A stretch of DNA of 43,290 nt from a virus. Taxonomy: Duplodnaviria > Caudoviricetes. How positions within the stretch are numbered: position 1 is the stretch's first letter; the number at the start of each line of letters is the position of its first letter. Location of the stretch: IMG/VR virus record IMGVR_UViG_3300049173_000072, positions 1 to 43,290 of that record; one strand, written 5' to 3'. Shown in pieces: positions 7,446 to 17,191 of this stretch. The position numbers were made by a program, and so were the translations under genes. Under the pieces are notes generated by a model. That model was not told where the DNA came from and did no database searches. It worked only from the letters and a program-made list of their open reading frames with translations.

Positions 7446-7901
7446 ATGGCCCGTACCGCGCAGCCCGCCGCGCTGAAGCTCCTCAAGGGGCAGGGGGACG
7501 GCAAGGACTCGGGTGGCCGGCCGGTCAACGTGGGGCCGGCCTTCCGTCGGATCGCTCCGGAGCCTCCGGACTGGTTGTCGCAGGAGGCTGCCGCTGAGTG
7601 GCGGCGGGTGGTGCCGGGCCTGACGCGTCTGGACATCCTGAAGGAGGAGGACCGGGCGGTGCTGGCCGCGTACTGCGAGACGTGGGCGACGTTCGTGGAT
7701 GCGATCCAGCAGCAGCACCGGGACGGTCTGACGATCGAGGCGAAGCAGGGGATGCTGCCGCACCCGGCGGTGGGTATTGCCCGCAACGCCGGCCGGGAAC
7801 TCCGCTCGTTCGCTGCGCACTTCGGCCTGACCCCGTCGTCGGAGCAGGCTCTCGCGAGGGGGGCCGACGATGGCGGCGAGGACGACAACCCGTTCGCGTA
7901 A
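7446..7901 (+). CDS. terS: Terminase small subunit, P27 family
   Basis: PPDWLSQEAAAEWRRVVP, LAAYCETW, HPAVGI, FGLTPSS motifs; synteny. Confidence 0.93.
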   Translation: MARTAQPAALKLLKGQGDGKDSGGRPVNVGPAFRRIAPEPPDWLSQEAAAEWRRVVPGLTRLDILKEEDRAVLAAYCETWATFVDAIQQQHRDGLTIEAKQGMLPHPAVGIARNAGRELRSFAAHFGLTPSSEQALARGADDGGEDDNPFA

Positions 7902-10647
7902 GGCGCCGGCCGCTGGTGTGGATGCGGCCGAGCTGGAGCGGCTGAAGCTGGCGCCGGAGATCGCCTGGTACCTCGAAGACCGTGGGATTCCGCTGCCGGA
8001 CTGCCCGCCGCTGGTGCAGACGCCGAGCCCCGGGGAGGCGCCGGGCGCGGTGTTCGATCCGGACCGGGTCGACCGGGTCCTGAACGCGTTCTCGAAGCTG
8101 CGGCACACGCAGGGTCAGTGGGCGGGGCAGCCGCTGAAGCCGGACCCGTGGCAGGTGGCCTACGTCCTGGCGCCGGTGTTCGGATGGGTCCGCTGGGATG
8201 AGGATGCCGACGGCTATGTGCGGATCGTCCGCGAGCTGTATGTCGATGTGCCGCGCAAGAACGGAAAAGGTCTCCATACTGGGGAAATGATTCTTACGCG
8301 GGATGGCTGGAAGAGGTTCGGCGACCTGGCCCCGGGCGATGAAGTGCACACTGTCGACGGATCGCTGACCAAGGTCACCTGGGTCTCGCCGGTCCGCCAC
8401 CTCGACTGCTACCGAGTCACCTTCGCCGACGGGCAGTCGTTCGTCTGCGATGCGGACCACCTCTGGACCGTATGGGACCGGTACGGGCACGACCCTGACC
8501 GATGGGCGGCGTCCAAGGGAAAAGGGGCGTGGCGCACCATCGCCACGCCTGAGCTGGCGGCCACGCACCGCAGTGGAGCGCGCGGGGATACCCGCTACTC
8601 GGTTCGCACTGACCGGGTACTGCAGCGACCGGAATCGCAACTGCCGATCGATCCGTACCTGTTGGGGCTTTGGCTCGGCGACGGGCACACGAATGCTGCC
8701 CGAATCACGACCGTGGACTCCTCGGTGGCGCAGGCTTTCGAGGACGTCGGATACGAGGTTCGGCGCCTTCCCGGGACCGTGTCCTACAGCGTGAAGGGCG
8801 GCTTCCTGGTCGCTCTGAGGGAACTCGGTGTCCTCGGAAACAAGCACGTGCCCCAGGCGTACAAGCTTGGTAGTGCTGAGCAGCGTCTGGCGGTCCTGCA
8901 GGGGCTGATGGACACGGATGGCGGGGTCAACCGGGGGCCGAACACGCCGCGTGTGGAGTACGTCAGCACGAAGCGCGAGCTTGCGGACGCCGTCCATTTC
9001 CTGGCTCGGTCCTTGGGTTGGAAGGCGACCGTCCGGGAGTTCCGTACCAAGCTGAATGGCAAGGACTGCGGGCCCGGTTGGAAGGTGGCGTGGACGGCCT
9101 TTGCTGACAGATCGCCGTTCCGGCTTGAGCGCAAGACGAAGCGTCTGCACGTGGACTCGGGAGCAAGGACCAGGTCGTCGTCGAACACGATCGTCTCAGT
9201 GGAGCAGGTCGATTCGGTGCCGACGAGGTGTATCGGTGTCGAACACGAGTCCCAGCAGTTCCTGATCGGAGAGGGACTGACGCCCACACACAACTCGACC
9301 CTGGCGGGCGGCCTGGCGATCTACATGACGTGCGCGGACGGCGAGCAGGGTGCACAGGTCATCACCGCGGCGACGACGAAGGAGCAGGCGGGATTCGTCT
9401 TCGAGCCGGTCAAGAAGCTCGCCGAGGCGGCGCCGGCCTTGAAGAAGCACGTGCTGCCACTGAAGGACAAGATCCTCCATAAGCGCAGTGGCTCCTACTT
9501 CAAGCCGATCGCCAGCGTTGCGGGGGCCCAGCACGGTGCGAACATCCACTGCGCGATCGTGGACGAGCTGCACGAGCACAAGACGCCCGAGCTGGTGGAG
9601 ACCATCGAGACGGGCACCGGTTCGCGTCGGCAGCCCCTCGTATGCATCATCACGACGGCCGACTCCGGGAAGCGTGAGTCGGTGTACGACCGCAAGCGCA
9701 AGCGGGTCGAGCAGCTGGCCCGCCGGGTGTTCGCGGCGCCGTCGGTGTACGGCGTGGTGTGGGCGGCGGAGAAGGATGACGATCCGCACGTTGAGGCGAC
9801 GTGGCGGAAGGCGAACCCTGGCTACGGAGTCTCGCCGACCCGGTCCTATCTGCAGGCGAAGTCCGATGAGGCGAAGCAGAGCCCCGCGGACCTGGCGAAG
9901 TTCCTTCGGCTGCATCTGGGCCGGCGGACGAAGCAGGAGACGAAGTATCTGACGATGGAGTCCTGGCGGAACAACGCCGGGATGGTCGACGAGGCGAGGC
10001 TGGCCGGCCGGGAGGCATACGGCGGCCTGGACTTGGCGGCAACGTCGGACTTGTGCGCGTTGTGCTGGCTGTTCCCGGACGATGAGCTGGGCGGCTTCGA
10101 CGCGCTGTGGCGGCTGTGGACGCCGGAGGACAACGTGGACGCGCTGGATCAGCGCACCGCGGGGGCCGCGTCGGTGTGGGTGCGGGAGGGCCTGCTGGTT
10201 GCGACTCCCGGGAACGTGGCCGACTACGACTACATCCAGCTTCAGATCGAACGGGATATGGACGCCTTTGACGTCCGGTCCATCGGTTTCGACCCGTGGT
10301 CGGCGGTGCCGTTGACGAACAAGCTGGCGGAGTCCGAGGCGCCGATGGTCAAGGTCCGGCAGGGCTTCGTCACGATGAGCCCGCCGTTGAAGGAGCTGCA
10401 GCGGCTGCTGTTGAAGGGCACCCCGGAGGCGCCCCAGTTGCGGCACGGCGGGAATCCGGCGGTGACGTGGATGGTCGACAACCTCGCTGTCGCGATGGAC
10501 CCGGCCGGGAACGTGAAGCCGGACAAGGCCCGCAGCGCGGAGAAGATCGACGCCGTTTCGGCGCTGGTGACGGCGCTGTCCGAGGCGATGACGCGAGAGC
10601 CGGTCCAGAAGTCGGCTTACGAGGACGGCGACCTGGAGGTCGTGTGA
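7870..10647 (+). CDS. terL: Terminase large subunit, 925-aa precursor containing a 342-aa intein
   Basis: Walker A VPRKNGK|ST split by intein; Walker B AIVDELH; GGLDLAATSD nuclease motif; KIDAVSA. Confidence 0.96.
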   Translation: MAARTTTRSRKAPAAGVDAAELERLKLAPEIAWYLEDRGIPLPDCPPLVQTPSPGEAPGAVFDPDRVDRVLNAFSKLRHTQGQWAGQPLKPDPWQVAYVLAPVFGWVRWDEDADGYVRIVRELYVDVPRKNGKGLHTGEMILTRDGWKRFGDLAPGDEVHTVDGSLTKVTWVSPVRHLDCYRVTFADGQSFVCDADHLWTVWDRYGHDPDRWAASKGKGAWRTIATPELAATHRSGARGDTRYSVRTDRVLQRPESQLPIDPYLLGLWLGDGHTNAARITTVDSSVAQAFEDVGYEVRRLPGTVSYSVKGGFLVALRELGVLGNKHVPQAYKLGSAEQRLAVLQGLMDTDGGVNRGPNTPRVEYVSTKRELADAVHFLARSLGWKATVREFRTKLNGKDCGPGWKVAWTAFADRSPFRLERKTKRLHVDSGARTRSSSNTIVSVEQVDSVPTRCIGVEHESQQFLIGEGLTPTHNSTLAGGLAIYMTCADGEQGAQVITAATTKEQAGFVFEPVKKLAEAAPALKKHVLPLKDKILHKRSGSYFKPIASVAGAQHGANIHCAIVDELHEHKTPELVETIETGTGSRRQPLVCIITTADSGKRESVYDRKRKRVEQLARRVFAAPSVYGVVWAAEKDDDPHVEATWRKANPGYGVSPTRSYLQAKSDEAKQSPADLAKFLRLHLGRRTKQETKYLTMESWRNNAGMVDEARLAGREAYGGLDLAATSDLCALCWLFPDDELGGFDALWRLWTPEDNVDALDQRTAGAASVWVREGLLVATPGNVADYDYIQLQIERDMDAFDVRSIGFDPWSAVPLTNKLAESEAPMVKVRQGFVTMSPPLKELQRLLLKGTPEAPQLRHGGNPAVTWMVDNLAVAMDPAGNVKPDKARSAEKIDAVSALVTALSEAMTREPVQKSAYEDGDLEVV
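8269..9294 (+). mobile_element. Class 3 intein with LAGLIDADG homing endonuclease, inserted in the TerL P-loop
   Basis: Begins GLHTGEMILT; block B CDADHLW; LLGLWLGDG and LQGLMDTDG; block F TRCIGV; ends TPTHN, followed by Ser (+1) at 9295. Confidence 0.92.
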
Positions 10648-10651
10648 GGGG

Positions 10652-10882
10652 GTGGCCGTCGTGTGGGGCTGGTTTCCGTGGCGTCGCACTGCGGTGCGTA
10701 AGCGTGTGGTGGTGAATCTGGCGGACAAGGCGTTCGCCGGGGTGCTGTGGGCGAAGCGGGGGCCGCTGCTGGTGCTGCGGGACGCGACGTTGATGCAGCA
10801 CGGTGCCGCGGACACGCCGATGGATGGCGAGGTCATCGTCGAACGATCGAGGGTCGAGTTCATCCAGGTGGCGGGAGGCTGA
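10652..10882 (+). CDS. 76-aa protein, possible Sm/LSm-like beta barrel
   Basis: RBS GAGGGG, GTG start; RVVVNL..KAFAGVL...GPLLVLRDA...DGEVIVERSRVEFIQ. Confidence 0.7.
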   Translation: MAVVWGWFPWRRTAVRKRVVVNLADKAFAGVLWAKRGPLLVLRDATLMQHGAADTPMDGEVIVERSRVEFIQVAGG

Positions 10883-10883
10883 C

Positions 10884-12830
10884 GTGACGTTCGTCGTCTC
10901 CCAGGGCCAGCTGTCGGCGGTGTCGATCGCTCCTCTCGCATCGTCTGCCGCGTATGTGCAGCTCGCGGATGGCGTGTATCGCGAGTACGCGCACCTGTAC
11001 CGCTGCCAGCCGCAGATCCGCACGGTGGTGTCGTTTCTGGCGCGGAACATCGCCCAGCTGGGGCTGCACACCTACCGCCGGGTGTCGGATACGGACCGGG
11101 AGCGCCTGACCGATCATCCGCTGCCGCGGATCCTGGCGGCGCCCGGCGCGAAGGTCACCCGGTACCGGCTGATCGAGCGTCTGGTGTCGGACGTGGCCAT
11201 CTACGACAGGGCGTTCTGGGTGAAGGTCCGCATGGACTCCGGGGCGCTGCTGGGCGTGATCCCGATCCCGCCGTCCCGGATGACGATCGAGGGCGACAAC
11301 TGGCTGGAGCCGGAAGCCTTCACGGTGCACGGCTCGAAGGGCGACCTGGAGCTGCAGCCCGACCAGGTGGTGCACTTCCACGGCTACGACCCGGTCGATC
11401 TCAGGTTCGGCTCGTCGCCGATCGACGCGCTGCGCTCGCTTCTGGCGGAGGAGTTCGAGGCGAATCGGGCGCGCGAGCAAATGTGGCGCAACGGCGGCCG
11501 GCTGTCTGGTGTCCTGAAGCGTCCGGCGGACGCCCCGAAGTGGGATCCGACGGCGCGCGGCCGTTTCAAGGAGGGCTGGCGGTCGTACACGCAGGGCGGC
11601 GGGACGCCGATCCTTGAGGACGGCATGGAGTACGAGCAGCTGGCGATCGATCCGGCGAAGGCTCAGTACATTGAGGCCCGCAAGCTGACCCGCGAGGAGG
11701 TCGCGGCGGCGTACCACATTCCGCTGCCGATGGTTGGGATCCTCGACCACGCGACGTTCTCCAACATCAAAGAGCAGCATCAGCAGCTCTACCAGGACAC
11801 GCTCGGCCCGTGGCTGACGATGATCCAGGAGGAGATCGGGCTTCAGCTGATCCCGGACCTGCCGGACTCCGATGACGTGTACGTCGAGTTCAACCTGCAG
11901 GAGAAGCTGCGCGGCAGCTTCGAGGAGCAGGCCGCGCAGCTGCAGACCGCGGTCGGGGCGCCATGGCTGCTGCGCAACGAGGCCCGCGCCCGCATGAACC
12001 TGCCGGCCATCGACGGCGGCAACGACCTGATCACCCCGATGAATGTCCTGGTCGGCGGGATGGCGTCACCTACGGATACGGCTCCCGATCCCGCTCTGGC
12101 GGCCGTCCCAAAAGCCCGGGGCCGCCTGGCGCTGATGAAAGCAGCCCCGGAGCGGCCGGACCTCGGGGACTTTGACGAGGAGCGTGACGCGTTCACGGCG
12201 TCGCTGGAGCGCTGGACTCGGCGACAGTTCGCCGCCCTGCAGTCGCGGGCCGGCGCAAAGACCGGCGGCACCCCAGACCTGCTGGCCTGGTGGGATGAAG
12301 GTGCAGAGGACCGCCTGGCCGAACTGTCGTCGCTGATCTCTGCGCACGGCTATCGCATTGCGCAGCTCGCGGCCTGGGGCGTCCTGGCCGAGTTCAATCC
12401 CGAGGCGTCCGGGTGGGATCCCGAGGTGATGCTGCCGTGGCTGCTCGCCGCAGCAGAGTCCCACGCATCCCAGCACGAGGCCGCCGGCCGGGAGTCGGTG
12501 GCCCAGGTCGACGACGAAGGCGACGGCTGGCAGGCCAATCTGCAGCATGCCGGCGAGGTGTGGGCGGCGGCGGCCACCGTGCGGGCTCTGACCGCGTCGA
12601 CGGAAGCACGCGGCTTCGGCTCCCACGACGCGGCCGGAGTGTCCGGGCTGACGAAGAAGGTCTGGCGCACCGGCGGCAAGAACCCGCGCCCTTCTCACCG
12701 GGCCCAGGACGGCGAGGCGGTCAGCCTCGATGACGTCTTCTCCAACGGTCTGCGCTGGCCCGGCGACGGCAAGGGCGAGGCCAAGGAAACCGCGAACTGC
12801 AAGTGCCGTCTGGACTACGCAACGGAGTGA
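10884..12830 (+). CDS. HK97-family portal protein fused to a C-terminal MuF-like head morphogenesis domain, 648 aa
   Basis: GTG 10884 after GGGAGG; portal motifs (QVVHFH, ILEDGMEY, EVAAAYHIP, NEARARMNLP); C-terminal KKVWRT...RPSH...DG...PGD...NCKC. Confidence 0.9.
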   Translation: MTFVVSQGQLSAVSIAPLASSAAYVQLADGVYREYAHLYRCQPQIRTVVSFLARNIAQLGLHTYRRVSDTDRERLTDHPLPRILAAPGAKVTRYRLIERLVSDVAIYDRAFWVKVRMDSGALLGVIPIPPSRMTIEGDNWLEPEAFTVHGSKGDLELQPDQVVHFHGYDPVDLRFGSSPIDALRSLLAEEFEANRAREQMWRNGGRLSGVLKRPADAPKWDPTARGRFKEGWRSYTQGGGTPILEDGMEYEQLAIDPAKAQYIEARKLTREEVAAAYHIPLPMVGILDHATFSNIKEQHQQLYQDTLGPWLTMIQEEIGLQLIPDLPDSDDVYVEFNLQEKLRGSFEEQAAQLQTAVGAPWLLRNEARARMNLPAIDGGNDLITPMNVLVGGMASPTDTAPDPALAAVPKARGRLALMKAAPERPDLGDFDEERDAFTASLERWTRRQFAALQSRAGAKTGGTPDLLAWWDEGAEDRLAELSSLISAHGYRIAQLAAWGVLAEFNPEASGWDPEVMLPWLLAAAESHASQHEAAGRESVAQVDDEGDGWQANLQHAGEVWAAAATVRALTASTEARGFGSHDAAGVSGLTKKVWRTGGKNPRPSHRAQDGEAVSLDDVFSNGLRWPGDGKGEAKETANCKCRLDYATE

Positions 12831-12832
12831 CC

Positions 12833-13672
12833 ATGCGAATCAAGAGCTGCCCCGTGCGCATCAAGGCGGCGGGTGAACACGAGGGCACCGACGAGGGGAC
12901 GTTCGAGGCGATCGTTGCCGCGTACAACCTGGACTCGGTCGGAGACAAGATCACACCGGGGGCGTTCGAGGCGACGCTCGCCCAGTGGAAGGCCGCGGGC
13001 GACCCGATCCCGGTCCTGTGGTCCCACATGTCCCACGACCCCGAGTACCACATCGGCGAGGTACTGGAGGCCGAGGAACGCCCGGAGGGGCTGTGGGTGA
13101 AGGCCCGCATCGACACCGAGCCCGGCACCAAGGCGGCGCAGGTGTACAAGCTGCTGAAGGGCCGCCGCGTCACCCAGTTCTCCTTCGCCTACGACGTCGA
13201 GGAGGGGGCGTGGGTCGACCAGAAGGACGGCGAGGGCTACTACGAGCTGCGCAAGCTCAAGCTCTACGAGGTCGGCCCCACCCTGATCGGCGCGAACCAG
13301 GCCACCGAACTGCTGGACGTGAAGTCCGCCGATGGCGCCACCATGCGCATCGCGGTCGAAGGCGCTTCCGCCGCACAGACCGAAGAACTTCGCCACGCCC
13401 TCTCCGGGGCCATGGCGGCTAAGGCCGGCAGGACACTGTCGAGCAAGAACGAGGAGCGCGTGAAGGAGATCGCGCGCCTCGCCAAGGAGCTGCTGGACTC
13501 CCTCGCTTCCAGCATCGACGACGAAGAGAAGGCCACGCCGAACCCGCCCGAGACTCCCTCGCCGCAGACGCCTGCGGCCAAGGAAGCTCCGGCCGGCCCG
13601 AGCCCCGCCTCGCTCCGTCTGCAATCAGACCTGGCCGTCCTTGCGGCCGAGGTCTCCTCGCTTACGGACTGA
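12833..13672 (+). CDS. HK97-family prohead protease
   Basis: DSVGDKITPGAF, PVLWSH, GLWVKA, QFSFAY, LYEVGPT motifs; between portal and capsid. Confidence 0.93.
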   Translation: MRIKSCPVRIKAAGEHEGTDEGTFEAIVAAYNLDSVGDKITPGAFEATLAQWKAAGDPIPVLWSHMSHDPEYHIGEVLEAEERPEGLWVKARIDTEPGTKAAQVYKLLKGRRVTQFSFAYDVEEGAWVDQKDGEGYYELRKLKLYEVGPTLIGANQATELLDVKSADGATMRIAVEGASAAQTEELRHALSGAMAAKAGRTLSSKNEERVKEIARLAKELLDSLASSIDDEEKATPNPPETPSPQTPAAKEAPAGPSPASLRLQSDLAVLAAEVSSLTD

Positions 13673-13680
13673 GGAGTGCC

Positions 13681-14970
13681 GTGAACAAGATCGAAGAGCT
13701 GAAGGAACAGCTCAAGCACCACCTGCAGGCAGCCCAGACGATCGCGGCGAAGGCCGACGACGAGGGCCGCGACTTCACCGACGACGAGCGCGGCCAGGTC
13801 ACCGACCACATGGCCAAGGCATCGGAGGCGAAGACCGGTCTGGAGAAGGCCAAGGCGACCGCCACGATGCGGCAGGCTCTGGCCGACCTCGGCGACGGGG
13901 TGGAGCTGGAGGAGAAGTCGGGGGAGCGCCGCACCCCGTCCGGCCTCGTCATCCCGGACGCGAAGGCGTCGCTGGGTGAGACGTTCGTCAAGTCCGGCGA
14001 GTTCCAGGCGCTGATGCAGTCCGCGCCGAACGGGGTCTTCGGCAAGGACCACCGGGTGCAGTCCCGGCCGGTCGGCTACAAGGCGCTCGTGACCGGCGGC
14101 TCGGACACCTCTGGCGGGGCATTCGTCTCCAACCAGATGATGGGCCTGCAGGTCGGGCAGCTCGCGTTCCAGCGCCCGCTGCGTCTGAGGGACGTGGTCA
14201 CGAACCTGACCACCACCTCGGACACCATCGAATACGTGCGGATGACGTCGCAGACGAACAACGCCGCCCCGGTGCCGGAGTCCACCACCACGGCGGACCC
14301 GGGCTCGATGACGACCGCGAACGGTGTCAAGCCGGAGTCGGCGCTCGCCTGGGCGAAGGTCACCACCCCGGTGCGGACCATCGCTCACTGGATCCCGCTC
14401 ACGAAGCGCGCCCTGTCGGACGCCTCGCAGGTGCGGTCCATCATCGACGCGTTCCTCCGCTACGGCCTGGAGGAGGAGCTCGAAGACCAGATGGTGGCGG
14501 GCGACGGCACGGGTGAGAACCTGGAGGGCCTGTCGAACGTGTCGGGCGTGCAGGCGCAGGCCTACGACACGAACCTGCTCACCACGACCCGCAAGGCCCG
14601 CACGAAGGTGCGCCTGGTGGGCCGCTCCACCCCGAACGCCTACCTGCTCAACCCGGCGGACCTGGAGGCCATCGACCTCCTGCAGGACAACGAGGCGCGC
14701 TTCTACTTCGGCGGCCCGCAGGGGCTGGGCACGGCGGGCACCCTGTGGGGCCTGCCGGTCATCGAGACCGAGGCCGTGCCCGCCGGCACCGGCTACGTCG
14801 GCGACTTCAAGAAGGCGGTCCTGTGGGACCGCGAGCAGGCGTCCATCACGATCTCGGACTCCCACGCGAACTTCTTCATCCGCAACATGGTCGCGATCCT
14901 CGCCGAGATGCGTGCCGCGTTCGGCGTGATCCAGCCCAACGCATTCGTCGAGATCGACCTCACCGCCTGA
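13681..14970 (+). CDS. Major capsid protein, HK97 fold with N-terminal delta domain
   Basis: Coiled-coil N-terminus; TIAHWIPLTKRAL, GDGTGENLEG, TLWGLPVI, FIRNMVAILAEMR. Confidence 0.96.
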   Translation: MNKIEELKEQLKHHLQAAQTIAAKADDEGRDFTDDERGQVTDHMAKASEAKTGLEKAKATATMRQALADLGDGVELEEKSGERRTPSGLVIPDAKASLGETFVKSGEFQALMQSAPNGVFGKDHRVQSRPVGYKALVTGGSDTSGGAFVSNQMMGLQVGQLAFQRPLRLRDVVTNLTTTSDTIEYVRMTSQTNNAAPVPESTTTADPGSMTTANGVKPESALAWAKVTTPVRTIAHWIPLTKRALSDASQVRSIIDAFLRYGLEEELEDQMVAGDGTGENLEGLSNVSGVQAQAYDTNLLTTTRKARTKVRLVGRSTPNAYLLNPADLEAIDLLQDNEARFYFGGPQGLGTAGTLWGLPVIETEAVPAGTGYVGDFKKAVLWDREQASITISDSHANFFIRNMVAILAEMRAAFGVIQPNAFVEIDLTA

Positions 14971-14984
14971 TCGGAGGCTGCGCC

Positions 14985-15200
14985 ATGGCATATCTGAACC
15001 CCGCCGCCGGAGCGACCCGAGAGGGCAAGCAGGCCGGCGCCGTCACGCCCTTGACGAACGCCAACGGCACGGCGGACAACACCATCGCTGACGTCGGCGC
15101 CTCCTTCAATCAGGCGACGCTGAACAACAACTTCCGCGACCTGTCCGACAAGGTCAACGCCATCATCACGGCCCTGAAGAACGCCGGGCTGATGGCGTGA
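14985..15200 (+). CDS. Head fiber or decoration-like small protein, 71 aa
   Basis: RBS GGAGG; C-terminal LSDKVNAIITALKNAGLM; follows capsid gene. Confidence 0.7.
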   Translation: MAYLNPAAGATREGKQAGAVTPLTNANGTADNTIADVGASFNQATLNNNFRDLSDKVNAIITALKNAGLMA

Positions 15201-15541
15201 CGCTGGTCAACTCACGGACGATCCGGGGCCGCTGTCCCGTATGCGGCGAGCAGCATGCCGCTTGCGGGCCGGCCCCGGACACCACTCCCGTTGATGAACG
15301 AATGGAGGTGGCCGCCGTGGGCGGACCGCTGAAGAAGTACGACGTCACCACGCCGTCCGGCGTGACCACCACGATGAAGCTCAACGAGGACGACGCCAAG
15401 CGGCTCGGCGTCCTCGACGCACCCGAGCAGCCCGCCGAGGCGCAAGCCACGGACGAGCCGGCCGAGACGGAAACTCCGTCAAAGGCCCGGACGACTCGCA
15501 ACAAGGCCCGCACCGCTTCGTCCGACAAGGGCGATGGCTGA
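15197..15541 (+). CDS. Hypothetical head-region protein
   Basis: GTGA overlap with upstream gene; CPVC motif; start uncertain because an internal GGAGG precedes a GTG near 15317. Confidence 0.6.
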   Translation: MTLVNSRTIRGRCPVCGEQHAACGPAPDTTPVDERMEVAAVGGPLKKYDVTTPSGVTTTMKLNEDDAKRLGVLDAPEQPAEAQATDEPAETETPSKARTTRNKARTASSDKGDG

Positions 15542-16079
15542 GCCGCTGGCGGATCCGCAGGATCTCGCCGACTGGCTGGGCGTGGCCGTCGATGACGCCA
15601 GGATGCTGCGCGCACTCAACGCGGCATCCAGCCGTTTCCGTGGGGCCGTCCGTCAACCGGTGTCCTTCATCGCCGACGATGCGGTGACGCTCGACGGCAA
15701 CGGGTTGGAGGCGGTGCTCCTTCCGGCTGCTCCGGTCACCGAGGTTGCCTCGGTGGAACTGGACGGTGAGGTGCTCACCGACGGCACGGACTTCTCCTGG
15801 TCCGCCGATGGGTTCCTGCGTCGTCTGGGTGCCTGCTGGCCAGACCGGCTGCGGTGTATCGAGGTGACGTTCAGCCACGGCTTCGAACCGGTACCGGAGG
15901 ACATCGCCGAGGTGGTCATCGACCAGGCCAGGGCGATGTACGCGGTGATTCCCGGCGTGCAGTCGCGGCAGGTGGGCGGACAGTCGGTGACCTTCGGCGC
16001 CCAGGCGTCCATCGGGGTCACCTCGCAGTGGACGGCGGCTGTCGAGCGGTACCGGCTGAATTCCGGTGACCGGCCGTGA
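15534..16079 (+). CDS. Head-to-tail adaptor
   Basis: LADPQDLADWLG N-terminus; IEVTFSHGFEPVPEDI; synteny. Confidence 0.8.
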   Translation: MAEPLADPQDLADWLGVAVDDARMLRALNAASSRFRGAVRQPVSFIADDAVTLDGNGLEAVLLPAAPVTEVASVELDGEVLTDGTDFSWSADGFLRRLGACWPDRLRCIEVTFSHGFEPVPEDIAEVVIDQARAMYAVIPGVQSRQVGGQSVTFGAQASIGVTSQWTAAVERYRLNSGDRP

Positions 16080-16423
16080 TGTTCAACCAGACCCTTGTAC
16101 GCGTCCGCGCCGGATCCAAGACCGACCGGGGCGGCAACACCGTCCCCGACTGGTCTCCCGGGGCGGTCGCGCGTCTCACCGTGACGCAGCTGAACATTCA
16201 GCCCAGCGTCCAGCAGGAGACCGTCGACGAGCAGCGCAATGCGACCGTCACCGGCTGGCACGTGCAGTCCGCCGAGGGCGCCAACCCCGACATCCGCTTC
16301 GATGACCGTCTGGAGTGGGACGGCATGACGCTGGAAGTCGACGGCGAAGTAGCCCGCTGGCCCGACCTCTTCACCGACACGGTGCACCACATCGAGTTCC
16401 GGATGAAGCGCGCCACAGGATAG
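16076..16423 (+). CDS. Head-to-tail stopper (closure protein)
   Basis: TDRGGNTVPDW, DIRFDDRLEWDGMTLEVDGEVARW; synteny. Confidence 0.8.
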   Translation: MMFNQTLVRVRAGSKTDRGGNTVPDWSPGAVARLTVTQLNIQPSVQQETVDEQRNATVTGWHVQSAEGANPDIRFDDRLEWDGMTLEVDGEVARWPDLFTDTVHHIEFRMKRATG

Positions 16424-16432
16424 GAGGCCGCC

Positions 16433-16714
16433 GTGTTGACCGAGTTCCGACTGGATACGGCGGGCGTGCGGGAGATCCTGCGCGGCCAGGAGATGCGCCA
16501 GCTCATCGACGGCTACGCCGAAGAGGTGGCAGCCAACGTGCGGGTCCTGGTGCCGGACGGGACGCCCGTCGAGGTCCGCAGCTACACGACGGACCGCGGC
16601 GCCGCGACGGTCGTGGTCGCCGACACTCGCGCCATGGGCTGGCAGGCCCGTGACGGCATCCTCACCCGGGCGGCGGCATTCGCTGGCCTCGAAGTGAAGG
16701 CGTGGCAGCGGTGA
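16433..16714 (+). CDS. Neck or tail-completion protein, HK97 gp10-like
   Basis: RBS AGGAGG; LDTAGVREILR...TTDRG; synteny. Confidence 0.7.
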   Translation: MLTEFRLDTAGVREILRGQEMRQLIDGYAEEVAANVRVLVPDGTPVEVRSYTTDRGAATVVVADTRAMGWQARDGILTRAAAFAGLEVKAWQR

Positions 16715-17136
16715 AACCGCTGGTCGTCTTCGGCGACGTGCAGGCCGCTGCGGCGCAGGTGCTGCGCACGGCTCTCGCCGGCCGGGCCGAAGCCTTCGCT
16801 GAGGGGGTGACGGTGGGCACGAAAGTGCCGGTCATCCGCTCTCCCGAGGACGACCGGCTGCCGTTCGTGCTGGTCCGCAAAGACGGCGACCTTCCCCACC
16901 CGTCGATGGCGAACGCCCGCTGCACGCTGCGCTGCACCGTGTGGCATCAGGACCCCGACCAAGCGCACGACCTGGCGATGCTCTGCCAGGGGCTGTGGCT
17001 AGTCCATTCCGGGACGGTCATCCGCGGCTTCCGACCGGGCGTGGGGCCACTGCCCGCAACCGACCCCGACTCCGGCGTAGATCTGTCGACATTCTCGGCG
17101 GTCGCCAACGTCAAGCCGATGCCACTCACGGCGTGA
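16711..17136 (+). CDS. Tail terminator protein
   Basis: GTGA overlap; LPFVLVRKDG; directly upstream of major tail gene. Confidence 0.75.
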   Translation: MKPLVVFGDVQAAAAQVLRTALAGRAEAFAEGVTVGTKVPVIRSPEDDRLPFVLVRKDGDLPHPSMANARCTLRCTVWHQDPDQAHDLAMLCQGLWLVHSGTVIRGFRPGVGPLPATDPDSGVDLSTFSAVANVKPMPLTA

Positions 17137-17191
17137 CCTGAAGTACCCGAACCGCGACGACAACCCCCTGTTCTGACATGAGGAGGACGCC

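Noticed and set aside
10803-10883. Longer N-termini from the ORF track for portal, and likewise 716, 24362, 25587, 26744, 30160 and 34816-35688
   Set aside because: They overlap upstream genes; downstream starts have better RBS, coupling or -10 support
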